A stretch of DNA of 64,000 nt, taken from the NCBI GenBank assembly GCA_963707985.1, contig CAVPRW010000030.1, positions 32,001-96,000 on the forward strand, given 5' to 3'. Positions 51,362 to 61,886 of this stretch are shown here, in pieces. How positions within the stretch are numbered: position 1 is the stretch's first letter; the number at the start of each line of letters is the position of its first letter. This DNA comes from an uncultured Nitrospinota bacterium. Its GTDB lineage: Bacteria > Tectomicrobia > Entotheonellia > J063 > CAVPRW01. The notes below the pieces were generated by a model, which had not been told where the DNA came from, ran no database searches, and saw only the letters and a list, made by a program, of their open reading frames with translations. The position numbers and the translations under genes are program-made.

Positions 51362-52239
51362 ACTTGGCCCACAAGCTGCATAGACCCAACGAGAAGTTCT
51401 AGAACACCACACGGCCACTCTTGATCAGTCTCGATACGAATAACCGGTACTTCATTGGGAAGTTGCGCTAACGTGGCGTTGGCGAGATCGGCATACTCAG
51501 GCGCGATGAACGCCACAATAGTTGTGCGGTTCTGATTTCGGAATAGTCCATAGTGACGCCCATGGGCGAAGTTGCGGTAGTCCACGAGCTGAGCCGCTGC
51601 AAGCCCCGTCTCCGAGAGACGCGTCTCTAGGTCTATACCCGCAGCCTCCGTACCAGGACCAACGAGGATAAGACAGTTCTGGGTCATGCTGCGGCCGTCC
51701 CCAGATATCTGCGGCCGTATCTGATCTGGCAACAGAAAGGAGCCCCTTGCATACCAGCGCACAAGCAACGTCGACATTGTGAGCACTGTGTTGGTCGCGA
51801 GGAAGCCATCGTGTGTGTGCGGGGCTGCGTAGCTCACGATCGTAATCGGCTGGCTCGCAAGGGATGAAGGGATCTCGTCTACTCGCCGATGGGTGACCAG
51901 GCCAACGGGATCGCACCCTTGTCTCACGGTCGCGCGGGCCGCCAACGCGACGTCTGGATGTCCCGCGCGCGCTGAGAAGAGAACCGCTGCGGTGGAATGT
52001 CTTAGCGGTCCACCTGAGACGGCTAGGGGTGTCGCATAAGTCGCAAGCCGCCCGGTCTTCGCTACATGAAGAGCCGAGGCCAGAGCGGAAACTGCCAGTG
52101 CACCACCACTCCCAATGTATAGAGCAGTCCCTGACACCACTCTGTCCAGGAGCTCAGCGAGTGGTGAGATGTATTCGCGAACAGCCCAGGCATAGCTGGT
52201 GGCCAAGAGCTCTAGTTCATCCACATAGCTTGGCTTCAT
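51362..52239 (-). pseudogene. SIS-domain (sugar isomerase-fold) protein truncated by IS3
   Basis: IGSGGA; FSARAGHPD; DGFLATN; DLETRLSE.GL...DYRNFAHGRH. Cut at ~293 aa. Confidence 0.85.
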
Positions 52240-52260
52240 AGTGGTTCAACTATGCTACTG

Positions 52261-52578
52261 CTACATACCAACATGTGGTGCTGAGACATCTTGAGGCAAT
52301 GGGATGACATGGAGATGCACGCCAGCGTCCACACTGAAATCCACGAGCCAGTCACTCACGAGATCAAGCACCGCAAAGGCATCCTCGGTGTCGGTGCATA
52401 CATCGAGGTACAGCCCTATTGAGTCTTCCCCCTCTCTGAGACGAAAAGTCGCCTCCGGATAGACGGCCCGTTTGCGCGCTTCTACTCCGCACTGGCGTGT
52501 TGCATCGTGTCGTTCCATGAGTTGACGCTCATGCAGATCGTTCCTCTTGTCAGTGCTATCAAGTACTTTACACGCCAT
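52261..52578 (-). CDS. Small hypothetical protein (antitoxin-like, N-terminus uncertain)
   Basis: YPEATF...EDSIGLYL....D.ED...V.D....L.D....G..LHVIPL. Confidence 0.45.
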   Translation of the reverse strand: MACKVLDSTDKRNDLHERQLMERHDATRQCGVEARKRAVYPEATFRLREGEDSIGLYLDVCTDTEDAFAVLDLVSDWLVDFSVDAGVHLHVIPLPQDVSAPHVGM

Positions 52579-52821
52579 TATACCCTAACGAAAGCCCCAG
52601 CGTTACATGGATAGCACTAGTCCCCACAGAGATTTGTCATTTCGCGCGGTCGGGTGTCTGATGAGGTGTCACGCGGACTGGGGGACTCACGGAGATGGTG
52701 CGCGCCCCCTGGAGTGTCCAGGGATGGCATCCACCTGGTATACCTGATCGGCTGTCCATGCCGGTCGCGACCTCACGGAACGCCAAGGGCACCATTGCCG
52801 ATCATCAGCTCCTGTCTCTAC

Positions 52822-53086
52822 GCGGGCGTCGCGCCCCAGCCACCCGTCCCTCTGCACTTCAAGGCCAGCAACATTACCGTCCGATTCGTGTTGGTCTATG
52901 ACATGCCGGAAGCGGCCAAGCATGCCGCCGTGCAGGAGATTACCCGGCTCCTGGAAGAGGGGAAACTGCGTCACCTCGCCGGTCCCCATTTCCCTTTCGA
53001 GTCGGCGAGGCTGGCGCACGAGGCCGTAGAAGGAGGGGCGATTGGCAAAGTCGTGCTTGAGGTGGGGGAGGAGGCCTGACGCCCTG
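52822..53086 (+). repeat. Direct repeat copy 2: orphan 3' fragment of quinone reductase
   Basis: AGVAPQPPVPL.FKASNITVRFVLVYDMPE...GKVVL with no 5' part. Confidence 0.9.
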
Positions 53087-53204
53087 TGCCGTGTCTGTTG
53101 TTCTCCTTATGCAACTGTTAGGAATTAGAGTCGGAGCAACGGTTGGAGGCGTTTGACGAAAGGCTCGTCACCTCATAAAATTCTGCTATCGACGCAAGTC
53201 GATG

Positions 53205-53628
53205 CTAACTGTGATGATCGCCCCCTCGTGGTCGGTGATAAACCTGCAAAGGGGCCACACGGGCGATGGTATCGAAGTCGGAATCGTTATGGAACAGCTC
53301 GACGTCCTCTGCGATGCAAAGGGCAGCGATCAAACAGTCGATGGTCTTCCTGACCGTGAGGCCTCGCCTTCGACAGGTGCGGTAGATTTGGGCCGCGTGT
53401 TCAAATACTGCCAGCCGATCTATCCGCAGGATGGGATACAATAGGAGAAGACTTCGCGTTCGCTCAAATGCCGGATCCTCCCGGATCCCCTGAAGGATCT
53501 CGCAGAAGATGAGATTCTGTCAGTGCCAACGATTGCCCCGTTGTGATGAGCTGCTGCAGGTGGTGGTCCTCAGGCGTCCCTGCGCCGTTGAAGAAATCAA
53601 TCCATACCGTCGTGTCCACGACGATCAA
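53205..53628 (-). pseudogene. vapC: VapC PIN toxin (+1 frameshift ~53515)
   Basis: MIVVDTTVWIDFF..; CEILQG; RKTIDCLIAA; LFHND.DFD. One extra A in GA(A)T. Confidence 0.85.
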
Positions 53629-53825
53629 CCGCGCGACCTCCGCGTTTCCTCAAGATCGCCTTCCCACTGTAGCTGACCTCGGAGTTTGAGAATCTCTTTC
53701 CGTTTCTCCGTCTTCAGCAACTCCTGCAACGCTAGATGGACAAGTTCCTTCTTCGTTTTGCACTTGAAGAGCCGCAGCCCTTCTTCGACAAGCCGGTCAT
53801 CCAAATCTATGTTCGTGCGCGCCAT
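53625..53825 (-). CDS. vapB: VapB antitoxin
   Basis: MARTNIDLDDRLVEE...TKKELV..AL.EL...W.GDL; overlaps the vapC start. Confidence 0.9.
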   Translation of the reverse strand: MARTNIDLDDRLVEEGLRLFKCKTKKELVHLALQELLKTEKRKEILKLRGQLQWEGDLEETRRSRG

Positions 53826-54160
53826 ATCTGCCCCCTCTGTGATCGCCAAGGTAACACAAGTGAGTGTATGAAACAATCATTGTTTGTGTATAAAAGGCGG
53901 GAGGCACGGTGCAGATGAACACAGGTTCGCACCCCGGCGAACAACAAAGTGCACCGATAGGTGGCTTGCGTTCTGTGAAGGTCGGTGGCGACAGTGTCGC
54001 CAGGGGACCGTCTGCCGTGCGCCTATAGAGGCCGGATGGCTGGGCAACGGGAGTCGACTTGTGGATTGATCGACCACCGCACACGCGTCTCATACGAACT
54101 CATGACTCTGGCCTTGAACATTCTGGATGTGTTCACCCTAACCGCCGCCGTGTAGGGGGG

Positions 54161-55906
54161 TTACCCAACCGCGACGGGCATGACTGTGAAAGGCCATACG
54201 GCCTTCTGCCCATCGGGATTAATCACCGTCAACTGGTGCTCCCCCTGCTGCCACGCAGTTTCCTTCGGATGATTCGTGATCATTAGCACCAGGATTTTGT
54301 ACAGGTCAGCTTCTTGGGTCTGGTCATCTCTTTGCTCTGGTGTGGGTGACTGCAGCATAGTTGCTGGTATGTCTTCCTCATCGATTTGGAACCCAGCGTT
54401 GCGCGACAGGTTACGCCCGCGAATTTCTAGTCGCAAACTGCCTCGTTGAGCCAGAATTTCGTCGATGATAGGCCCAGGCTTCCGCACCAACTTCCCGCCC
54501 ACATAGGTAGCAGAACTGATGCCCATAAGGGCCAAAAAGCTGTCAGGTAAACTTGGGAGTTCCTGAATGTTGCCTGGATTACGGGCCAAGATGAGCAGCA
54601 GGAATCCTAATCCGCCCAACAGTGTCCACACCCAAAATTGCACGCGTTCGGGCAACACGACCCCGCCTGCCGTAACAAAATCAGCAAACGAGGGTTGCAC
54701 TTCTCCTGCTCCTTTGGGGCCCCGGATGACCGTCGCCCCTTGTGCGAGAAGTCTCGTACCGCCACTGATAAGAAATAGAGAGGCTAACCCACTGGGCAAT
54801 GGTGCGAACTCGACAACTCCTTGTACAAGGCTGCGGGCGACCGTCAAGAAGACGTAGCCGAATACGACCAGGCCAGTCCACCAATAGAATTGAAATTTAG
54901 AAAGGCTATACGTGTCGGTTTCGGGATCGATGAAGAAGGCTTGCAGCACTTTATACGTTTTGCCTGCTATGCGGTATGGACGAACACCGCTCCGGACCAG
55001 CGCAAACAGAGAAACAGCAATCACCGAGAGACCGGCGACAGCGGCAATGAGCGGGGTCCAGAAGGACACAGTCGATAAGATGAACGGTGCCGACTCGGAG
55101 CTGTTGTCTCCCACCCGGACGCGAACGCTCCCTTGACCCTGATAATCTCTCGGTATACCCCACAACACCAGCTCTCGACCACTACTACCCAGCGCTCCGT
55201 AGAGATGGTCATACTTCTTGGTGATGGGCTCAGTCGGCAACCAGTCAATCTCTTGCGGCCCCAGTTCCCGATACTCTTTGCCATTATCGATCGCCAGGAC
55301 ATTGTCGCGTGCTTCCCGACTGAAGCCTTGCCCTAAGATGCGAAAGGCAAATGTGTTTCGGTCATCTGGGTAACCCACAAAGGGTGAAACCGCTGTGATC
55401 TTGACCTCATTCCCAACTCCACTAACCAGGCGAAGCTGGCCGTCATAGGGCGCGATCTGCACTTGGGGAGGGGACGCTCCTCCACTCATCGTGATCTCGG
55501 CACGCACATCATAGGTCCCCAGGGGTAGGCACATTCCCCTCGCGTTCTTGATCTCTCTCGGGCATTCCGATTCCAGTGGGATACGGAAAATAAAGGAGTT
55601 GCTATTCGAGTTGAGGGTCTCGGACGGGTATGGCTCGAAGGTACCTCCTGTGGGTGTGAGCACGACTCGTATCTTCTTGGGGTCATCGGGCACATTCAGA
55701 CCACGCACCATGGCCGTCACGAGGCTTCCACGAAAGGCTTGGCCTGGCGCTATGCTGGTGATAGTCGGAGCGGGTGGCTTCGGGCTATCCGGCTCGGCCC
55801 CAAATGCTGGAGCCCACCACATAAAGGCCTGCCAGAGGGTGCTGAGAAACACCACGACTAGGTCTATTGTAGGAGGCATTTTCCAGAGGCGCAGCGACGC
55901 ATTCAT
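54161..55906 (-). CDS. Membrane protein with IPT/TIG-like Ig domains and a 5-TM core
   Basis: P.ITSI.P..G; I.G.GF; YSLSKFQFYWWT; LALMGISSATY..GK; V.NPDGQ; GGGGAG RBS. Confidence 0.75.
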   Translation of the reverse strand: MNASLRLWKMPPTIDLVVVFLSTLWQAFMWWAPAFGAEPDSPKPPAPTITSIAPGQAFRGSLVTAMVRGLNVPDDPKKIRVVLTPTGGTFEPYPSETLNSNSNSFIFRIPLESECPREIKNARGMCLPLGTYDVRAEITMSGGASPPQVQIAPYDGQLRLVSGVGNEVKITAVSPFVGYPDDRNTFAFRILGQGFSREARDNVLAIDNGKEYRELGPQEIDWLPTEPITKKYDHLYGALGSSGRELVLWGIPRDYQGQGSVRVRVGDNSSESAPFILSTVSFWTPLIAAVAGLSVIAVSLFALVRSGVRPYRIAGKTYKVLQAFFIDPETDTYSLSKFQFYWWTGLVVFGYVFLTVARSLVQGVVEFAPLPSGLASLFLISGGTRLLAQGATVIRGPKGAGEVQPSFADFVTAGGVVLPERVQFWVWTLLGGLGFLLLILARNPGNIQELPSLPDSFLALMGISSATYVGGKLVRKPGPIIDEILAQRGSLRLEIRGRNLSRNAGFQIDEEDIPATMLQSPTPEQRDDQTQEADLYKILVLMITNHPKETAWQQGEHQLTVINPDGQKAVWPFTVMPVAVG

Positions 55907-56077
55907 GACACCACTCCCCTTTAGGTTGGCTCAATTTTTGACACACATGAGCACCGATGGTCTGCCTTCCCACGCTCGTAGATGTCCCAAGGGTTCCTCA
56001 CGAGTTGCCGTGCGTCATGGGAGGGCATCTCTGTTGGCAATAATGATCTTTGGATGTCGCGATGGAGGTATTGAAGA

Positions 56078-57250
56078 TTACCCCGTCACACTGGCGAAGT
56101 AGAGCCTAGGATCGGCCGCACGCACCCGTGCCTCCGGCAATCCCAACTCACGACGGACAATGTTGGTGCCTTCGACGAGCGAGACACACTTGTAATAGGC
56201 AATCCGCCGACTCAGCCCCTCACGGCCGAAGCCGCAGTCGGTGGTAATCACCAGCCGTTCGGGTGGAATATACTCGAGCGCTTTGCGGATCAGCGCGGCG
56301 ACATGCTCGGGTGGTTCGACTACTGTGTTACAGTGGTTCACGACTCCAATACCGATCTTCTTGTCCGTCGGATACTTGGCGAGGAGTGGTAGATCCCTGC
56401 CGTTGGTGCTGGCGCACTCGAAGGTGATCACGTCGGCATGCAGTTGAAGGAGATAGGGAAGGGCACGCTCGTAGCTCGGTGGCTCCCAGTAGACGCGCTG
56501 CTGATTGGGATTGCCCCAGCAGGTGTGGACCCAGATCTCGGCGTCGACGCCGACGAGTTGACGGTTAAATGCCTCAGTGAGAAACTCCAGGTCGGCGTCA
56601 GTGCAATCGGGACGAGTTGTACGGCCGTGATGCGGAGGCTCTTCAACCTGTATGAGAGGGCAGCCAGCGGCGGCGAGCTCTCGTAGTTCGGCGTTGAAAA
56701 TGTCGCACAGATCGTAAATGAGGGACTTCTCATCCGGGTAATACTCATTCCAGAGCATGCTTGCCAGCCCAGGGGCGCAGATGGTGCCGAACTTCACGGT
56801 CCGGTCCGTCAGGCGTTGGGCCACCTTCCAGAGGGCGGTGAACTCGAGCGCACCGCGGGTCAGGCGCTCCGTGACCACCGCCGGTTGATAGGCTTCCTGC
56901 ACTTCCCAGAGGATGTGCCCCGGACGCAGGTTGTGTCGCCCCATCCAGCCGCGCGACGTGTCGCGGTGGCCGGCGATCCCGCCCAGCCGCTCGATCGGGT
57001 AGAAGAACCACGACTTGCCGCCGACGGCGAGGTCAAATCGACTGTCGCCGTCCGTCACGATGTCGAGGCCTGCGGCCTCCTGGGCATTGATGATGCAGGC
57101 AACCGCGTCCAGATACTGCTCGCGAAAGATTGAGTCGCCCAGAGCCGCTTTGAAAGACCGGCCGTGCAGGCTTTCGGTGAACCAGAGGGGCCGGGGGTAC
57201 GACCCGGTGATCGCCGTTGGCATCATGATGTCTTGCGTCACTTTCAGCAT
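56078..57250 (-). CDS. Cobalamin-independent methionine synthase II family protein
   Basis: TGSYPRP; GLDIVTDG; IQVEEP; HTCWGN; FE; DCGF. Confidence 0.9.
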   Translation of the reverse strand: MLKVTQDIMMPTAITGSYPRPLWFTESLHGRSFKAALGDSIFREQYLDAVACIINAQEAAGLDIVTDGDSRFDLAVGGKSWFFYPIERLGGIAGHRDTSRGWMGRHNLRPGHILWEVQEAYQPAVVTERLTRGALEFTALWKVAQRLTDRTVKFGTICAPGLASMLWNEYYPDEKSLIYDLCDIFNAELRELAAAGCPLIQVEEPPHHGRTTRPDCTDADLEFLTEAFNRQLVGVDAEIWVHTCWGNPNQQRVYWEPPSYERALPYLLQLHADVITFECASTNGRDLPLLAKYPTDKKIGIGVVNHCNTVVEPPEHVAALIRKALEYIPPERLVITTDCGFGREGLSRRIAYYKCVSLVEGTNIVRRELGLPEARVRAADPRLYFASVTG

Positions 57251-57377
57251 ACTTGCCTCCATAAAATCTGGCATGACATCCCTTGAAGGTCCCAGGGGTG
57301 GCTGCCATCTGCCGCATCCAGTACATATCTGCATTAGTCCCGGCTCACGAGGTATTCATTGCAGCAGCGGTCGAGGG

Positions 57378-57947
57378 TTAGGCTTGTCTTTCCCCAGGAA
57401 GTAACGGCCTCGACGACGGCAGCCCTCCGGCCTCGATCGCGGCGATGACAATGCGGGCGCAGGCTTCAGCGTCAGACCCTGCATCATGGTGGCGCAGGGG
57501 AATGCGGAGGTGTCTGCAGACGTCTGGCAGCTTTGTCGGGTAGATATTCCAGACCGCTCGAGCGAGGCGGACCGTACACTGAAATGTGTGTGATGGTGCG
57601 CTCAGACGCGCCCGTTCGCAGCACGTACGCAAGACTGAGCGGTCGAAACTCGCATTATGGGCTGCGAGAAACTCGACGCCGGCAAGTTTCTTCTGGAGCG
57701 ATGGCCACAACTGACGAAACGTCGGCGCGTCGACCACGTCACTCCATGAGATGCCGTGCAAATATGAAAATACAAATTGCCGACGTGGGGGACGAATGTA
57801 ATAGTAGGCACGATCGACGATTGCTAGCCCTTCGACGCGTATCACTGCGACGGCACAGGCACTATCGCGACCGTAATCGGCGGTCTCGAAGTCAATTGCT
57901 GCAAAGGTTGGTTTGTGCGACCGGAGGGAGGCATATGGCTCTCGCAT
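57378..57947 (-). CDS. DEDDh 3'-5' exonuclease (DnaQ-like)
   Basis: AIDFETA; HGI; AHNASFD; CT; HHDAGSDA. Confidence 0.92.
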   Translation of the reverse strand: MREPYASLRSHKPTFAAIDFETADYGRDSACAVAVIRVEGLAIVDRAYYYIRPPRRQFVFSYLHGISWSDVVDAPTFRQLWPSLQKKLAGVEFLAAHNASFDRSVLRTCCERARLSAPSHTFQCTVRLARAVWNIYPTKLPDVCRHLRIPLRHHDAGSDAEACARIVIAAIEAGGLPSSRPLLPGERQA

Positions 57948-58421
57948 CGTGGCCTCCAGGAGCGACGACACAGGATGATCGCGGTCCGACAGGCGACGCG
58001 GCCGCCCACGACGCCCCACCCCAGCGGAGCCGCCAGCTTGGTTGCACCGCATGGGGATGCAAAATATCCGGCATTATAGCGAATCGAGCAACATTATCAA
58101 ACCAGGGATTCCATCACTGGTGGTCGTGGCTCTAGCAGGCCTAGCCGACTCTACGGTTGACCAGCCGCATCATCTCATCTATACACATGTAGACATGCAA
58201 CTGGCCCGATGCCTTAGTGGTTTCACCATGGCGCTCATGCATCGACGATGATCGCCTGCCAGGCATTGCTGGACGAGGCGTGATCATTCCCCATCGATGC
58301 TCGCAAACGCACAGGAGGCCGTCCAGCCTCGCCAGGATAGACTACTGGCAGATGGCAAAGAGATGGAGTCCCTGGCCTTTATCTATACTTCACGCATGGC
58401 TCACACACACGGGAGGCTCTC

Positions 58422-59951
58422 ATGAAATATGACGTGGTCATCATTGGGGCTGGTTCGGCTGGATGTGTCCTGGCCACTCGCCTGTCGGAGGACTCGCAGC
58501 GCTCGGTGCTGCTCCTAGAGGCCGGCCCGGATTATCCGGATCCGACGTACCTGCCGGATGAGCTGAAATATGACTGCCACCAGGCTGCTTCCCAGGCAGG
58601 GGCTCCCCACAACTGGTCGTTCCTCGGCCAAGCCACCCCGCAGCAGTCGAAGCCGATTCCGGTGCCACGGGGCAAAGTGGTCGGCGGCACCAGTGCCATC
58701 AATCATCAGATCTTTTTGCGCGGTCCTCAAGAGGATTACGACGGCTGGGCAGCCCTGGGGAACGACGAGTGGAGCTATCGCAAGGTCCTGCCGTATTTCC
58801 GCAAATCCGAAACAGACCTCGATATCCAGGACGAGTTCCACGGCACGAATGGCCCCATCCCAGTGCGTCGTCATCATCGGGAACATTGGGTCCCCTTTCA
58901 GGCGGCATTTTATCAGGCCTGTCTCGACGCCGGGATACCCGATGACGCGGATTTGAACCATCCCATGTCCGGTGGGGTCGGCGCCTTTCCGCTGAACAAC
59001 CCGGATGGCATCCGCATGAGCACGGCCTTGACCTACCTGCACGCCTGCCGTCAGCGCCAGAACCTATGCGTCAAAGCCAATGCGCTGGTTCGGCGCATTC
59101 TCTTCACCGGCCAGCAGGCGGTTGGCGTGGAGGTCGACAGTGGCGGAGAGACCTTGGTCATCGAAGCGCAAGACATCATCCTCAGTGCCGGGGCCATTCA
59201 ATCCCCGCAGATTCTCATGCTGTCCGGTGTGGGACCGGCAGACCACCTGCGCTACATGGGTATCCCGGTGGTCCATGACCTACCGGGCGTCGGACAACAC
59301 CTGAAAAATCACCCAGGGGTCTCGGTGCGCTACCTCCCACAGAAGCACGATCTGCTGGACCCCGATGCTCCAAGAAATCAGGTGGCGTTGCGTTTGACTG
59401 CCCCAGGATCGCACACCCGGAATGACATCCAAATTCAACCGACGTCTTCCGGACCGGTGGGTCGAGCCGCCGAGGATATGCGCCTCGGGGTCAGACTGGA
59501 GCTGCCCATGAGCACCGGCGAAGTCCGGCTGGTGTCCACCGATCCCACAGTGCAGCCGCATCTGGACTATCGCCTCTTGACACATCCCTGGGACCGGGAG
59601 CGTCTCCGCGCGGCCGTGCGCTTCTGCGTTGATCTGTTGCGGCAGCCGGTCTTCAAAGACATGGTGGGACAGCGCACCACACCCACCGACCAGGATCTGG
59701 CTTCTGACCAGGCATTGGATACCTGGTTACAGCTCAACGCCGGCATCGCGGGACACTCCTCCCTCACCTGTAAAATGGGACCAACCTCGGATGCGATGGC
59801 GGTGGTCGATCAGTACTGCCGGGTTCATGGCCTCAGTCATCTGCGAGTAATCGATGCGTCAGCGATGCCGGAGATCCCTCGCGCCAATACGAATGCCACG
59901 ATCATTATGCTGGCCGAGCGCGCCGCTGACTTTATCAGGCAAGGTCAGTGA
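58422..59951 (+). CDS. GMC oxidoreductase (choline dehydrogenase-like)
   Basis: GAGSAG; LLLEAG; RGKVVGGTSAIN; GAIQSPQILMLSGVG; RVIDAS.MP; NTN....AER. Confidence 0.95.
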   Translation: MKYDVVIIGAGSAGCVLATRLSEDSQRSVLLLEAGPDYPDPTYLPDELKYDCHQAASQAGAPHNWSFLGQATPQQSKPIPVPRGKVVGGTSAINHQIFLRGPQEDYDGWAALGNDEWSYRKVLPYFRKSETDLDIQDEFHGTNGPIPVRRHHREHWVPFQAAFYQACLDAGIPDDADLNHPMSGGVGAFPLNNPDGIRMSTALTYLHACRQRQNLCVKANALVRRILFTGQQAVGVEVDSGGETLVIEAQDIILSAGAIQSPQILMLSGVGPADHLRYMGIPVVHDLPGVGQHLKNHPGVSVRYLPQKHDLLDPDAPRNQVALRLTAPGSHTRNDIQIQPTSSGPVGRAAEDMRLGVRLELPMSTGEVRLVSTDPTVQPHLDYRLLTHPWDRERLRAAVRFCVDLLRQPVFKDMVGQRTTPTDQDLASDQALDTWLQLNAGIAGHSSLTCKMGPTSDAMAVVDQYCRVHGLSHLRVIDASAMPEIPRANTNATIIMLAERAADFIRQGQ

Positions 59952-60157
59952 CCCTTGCTGTCAGGGCACATTTTGCAGGGGACGGCTGCACCACTCATTG
60001 CCAGCTCCCCGAAGGGGCGCGTACGGCGACAAAACCATCGGCGCGTACGTCCTAACCGTCTCGATCCAACCGGGCACGTTCGCGAAAGCCATCCGTCTCG
60101 TATAGGAGTCAATTGTCCGGGCAGTCAATATGGCGGTATGATCCGCGGGAGTGAGCC

Positions 60158-60693
60158 ATGACACGATGGTCCCGTGCAGTGATCGGCCTCGCGTTCGTCA
60201 TCAATCTGTGCAGTTTACACCACGGTCTGGCCCAGACTCCCTCGCTGGCCATGGGTCCGAGGTGCAGATCTACGGGAAGTTCAGGGCGTGGACGACCCAG
60301 CAGCCGTCCGGTGGACGCGACCCCAGTCTTCTGGAGCGCCTATTCCATAGGTCTATGTAGCGGCTGATGAGCCTTTGTCTCGAATGCTTGAAGCGGTTGG
60401 CTCTACCCAGTGCGAGGTTCCGGACAATGACGCCACGCCTCCACGTGCGCCGGCTAGGAGCGCTGACACGGCAGTATGAAGGGGGCGGCATAAATGCCGC
60501 CTCGTTCTCATGCCGGAAGGAGCGCCAGGGTTGCCCCGTGCGTGTAAATGCCTATGCCGGGGCGGTGGAGAGCTCCGATCTCATCTATGCCGACATCGCA
60601 CCCCATACGATCGGTACAGCGAGATTCATCGCAACATTGGTCGCGCCGATGTCTCCGCCATGCGTGTGGAGCAATGGCCTGTGGTCCGACTGA
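60158..60693 (+). pseudogene. Fragmented secreted hypothetical protein
   Basis: Signal-like N-terminus at 60158 and a plausible C-terminal frame to 60693, separated by frameshifts. Confidence 0.25.
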
Positions 60694-60696
60694 GCA

Positions 60697-61668
60697 CTAA
60701 TTCGGTACCCACGCCAAGGCGTGGACCTCCCCAAAGTCTCTCGGCAATTTCCTCCACGCGGTACCCCCATCGGCACTGGCGAAGACCTGTCCGTTGACCG
60801 TAGAGGCCAGAAGAAAATTGGCGTCTGCCGAGTGAGCCGCGAGATTCCACACTGTTCCGTTGGGCACCGTCGGCAGTGGCAGCGGCTCCCAGGTCCGGCC
60901 AGCATCCGTCGAACGATGAATAGCCCCTTGGCCGCCAAAAGCGCTTTCTCCATTCCCCATGAAGAGCACTTGGGGGGCGCCTGGCTTGACCACGGTGCCC
61001 CGACAGTAGGGGAGGGAGAGCTGTTTGCCAATCCCCAGGGGTTCCCATGTCACGCCATCGTCTACTGTGGTGAAGACTTCACGTGGGGTGATGACGCAGA
61101 CCTTCTTCGGTGGCCCAGCGCTGATGGCCAAGTTGTGAATGTCCGGATCCTTCACCCCGCTTGTGATCGTCTCCCAGGTCTCGCCACCATCCCTACTCCG
61201 TCGGACGCCGTCGACCTCGATGCCCGCCCAAATCTGCCGGTGGTCCATCGGGTCAATCACAATCGCCGTCACTCGCGGGATCGTCACATTCGGGCACTCC
61301 TCCGCCAGCGCTACGCTGAGCTTTTGCCAGGTGACGCCCGCGTCTTTGGAGCGAAATAGCGCCGACGGCCTGGTCCCGGCAAATATGATGTTGGGCTCCA
61401 CAGGGTCGATCGCGAGTGCCCAAATCGGTAGCGTGTTCATCGGCGAGTCCAGTCGTTCCCAGCTTGCACCCCGATCCTCACTCCGATAGATGCCGCTCTC
61501 AGTGCCGGCATAGATGACATGGGGCTCTCTCGGATGCACCGCTAAGGCGCGCACCGCACTCTCGGAATAGAGACCTTGTCGCACACGGGTCCACGTCTCT
61601 CCACTATCACCGGACCGCCAGATGCCTTGTCCCAAGGTGCCTACACAGATGGTTACGTTGGTGGCCAT
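60697..61668 (-). CDS. BNR/Asp-box beta-propeller protein
   Basis: Repeated S.D.G.TW Asp-boxes; GGAGG RBS. Confidence 0.9.
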   Translation of the reverse strand: MATNVTICVGTLGQGIWRSGDSGETWTRVRQGLYSESAVRALAVHPREPHVIYAGTESGIYRSEDRGASWERLDSPMNTLPIWALAIDPVEPNIIFAGTRPSALFRSKDAGVTWQKLSVALAEECPNVTIPRVTAIVIDPMDHRQIWAGIEVDGVRRSRDGGETWETITSGVKDPDIHNLAISAGPPKKVCVITPREVFTTVDDGVTWEPLGIGKQLSLPYCRGTVVKPGAPQVLFMGNGESAFGGQGAIHRSTDAGRTWEPLPLPTVPNGTVWNLAAHSADANFLLASTVNGQVFASADGGTAWRKLPRDFGEVHALAWVPN

Positions 61669-61886
61669 ACCTCGCCCTCCTACAACAGCTGGTTGGACAA
61701 TACTCGATGATACTAAAACCACCCAGACGAAGGCTCAAACCATGGGTCCATGGTAACACAATCATGGCCCAAGTGTTCAAGATGATCTCAGGCACCCATC
61801 GCATCCTTGGGTGACCTACATGGCATCGAACACCCGAGCGCTGTCGAAGGTCAGTAGAACCTCAGTCAAAATTCTGCAGCGCTCTG

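Noticed and set aside
52654..52821. N-terminus of ORF 52654..53079 as a novel fusion gene
   Set aside because: No RBS or protein-like composition. It is a chance open frame leading into the duplicated reductase tail.
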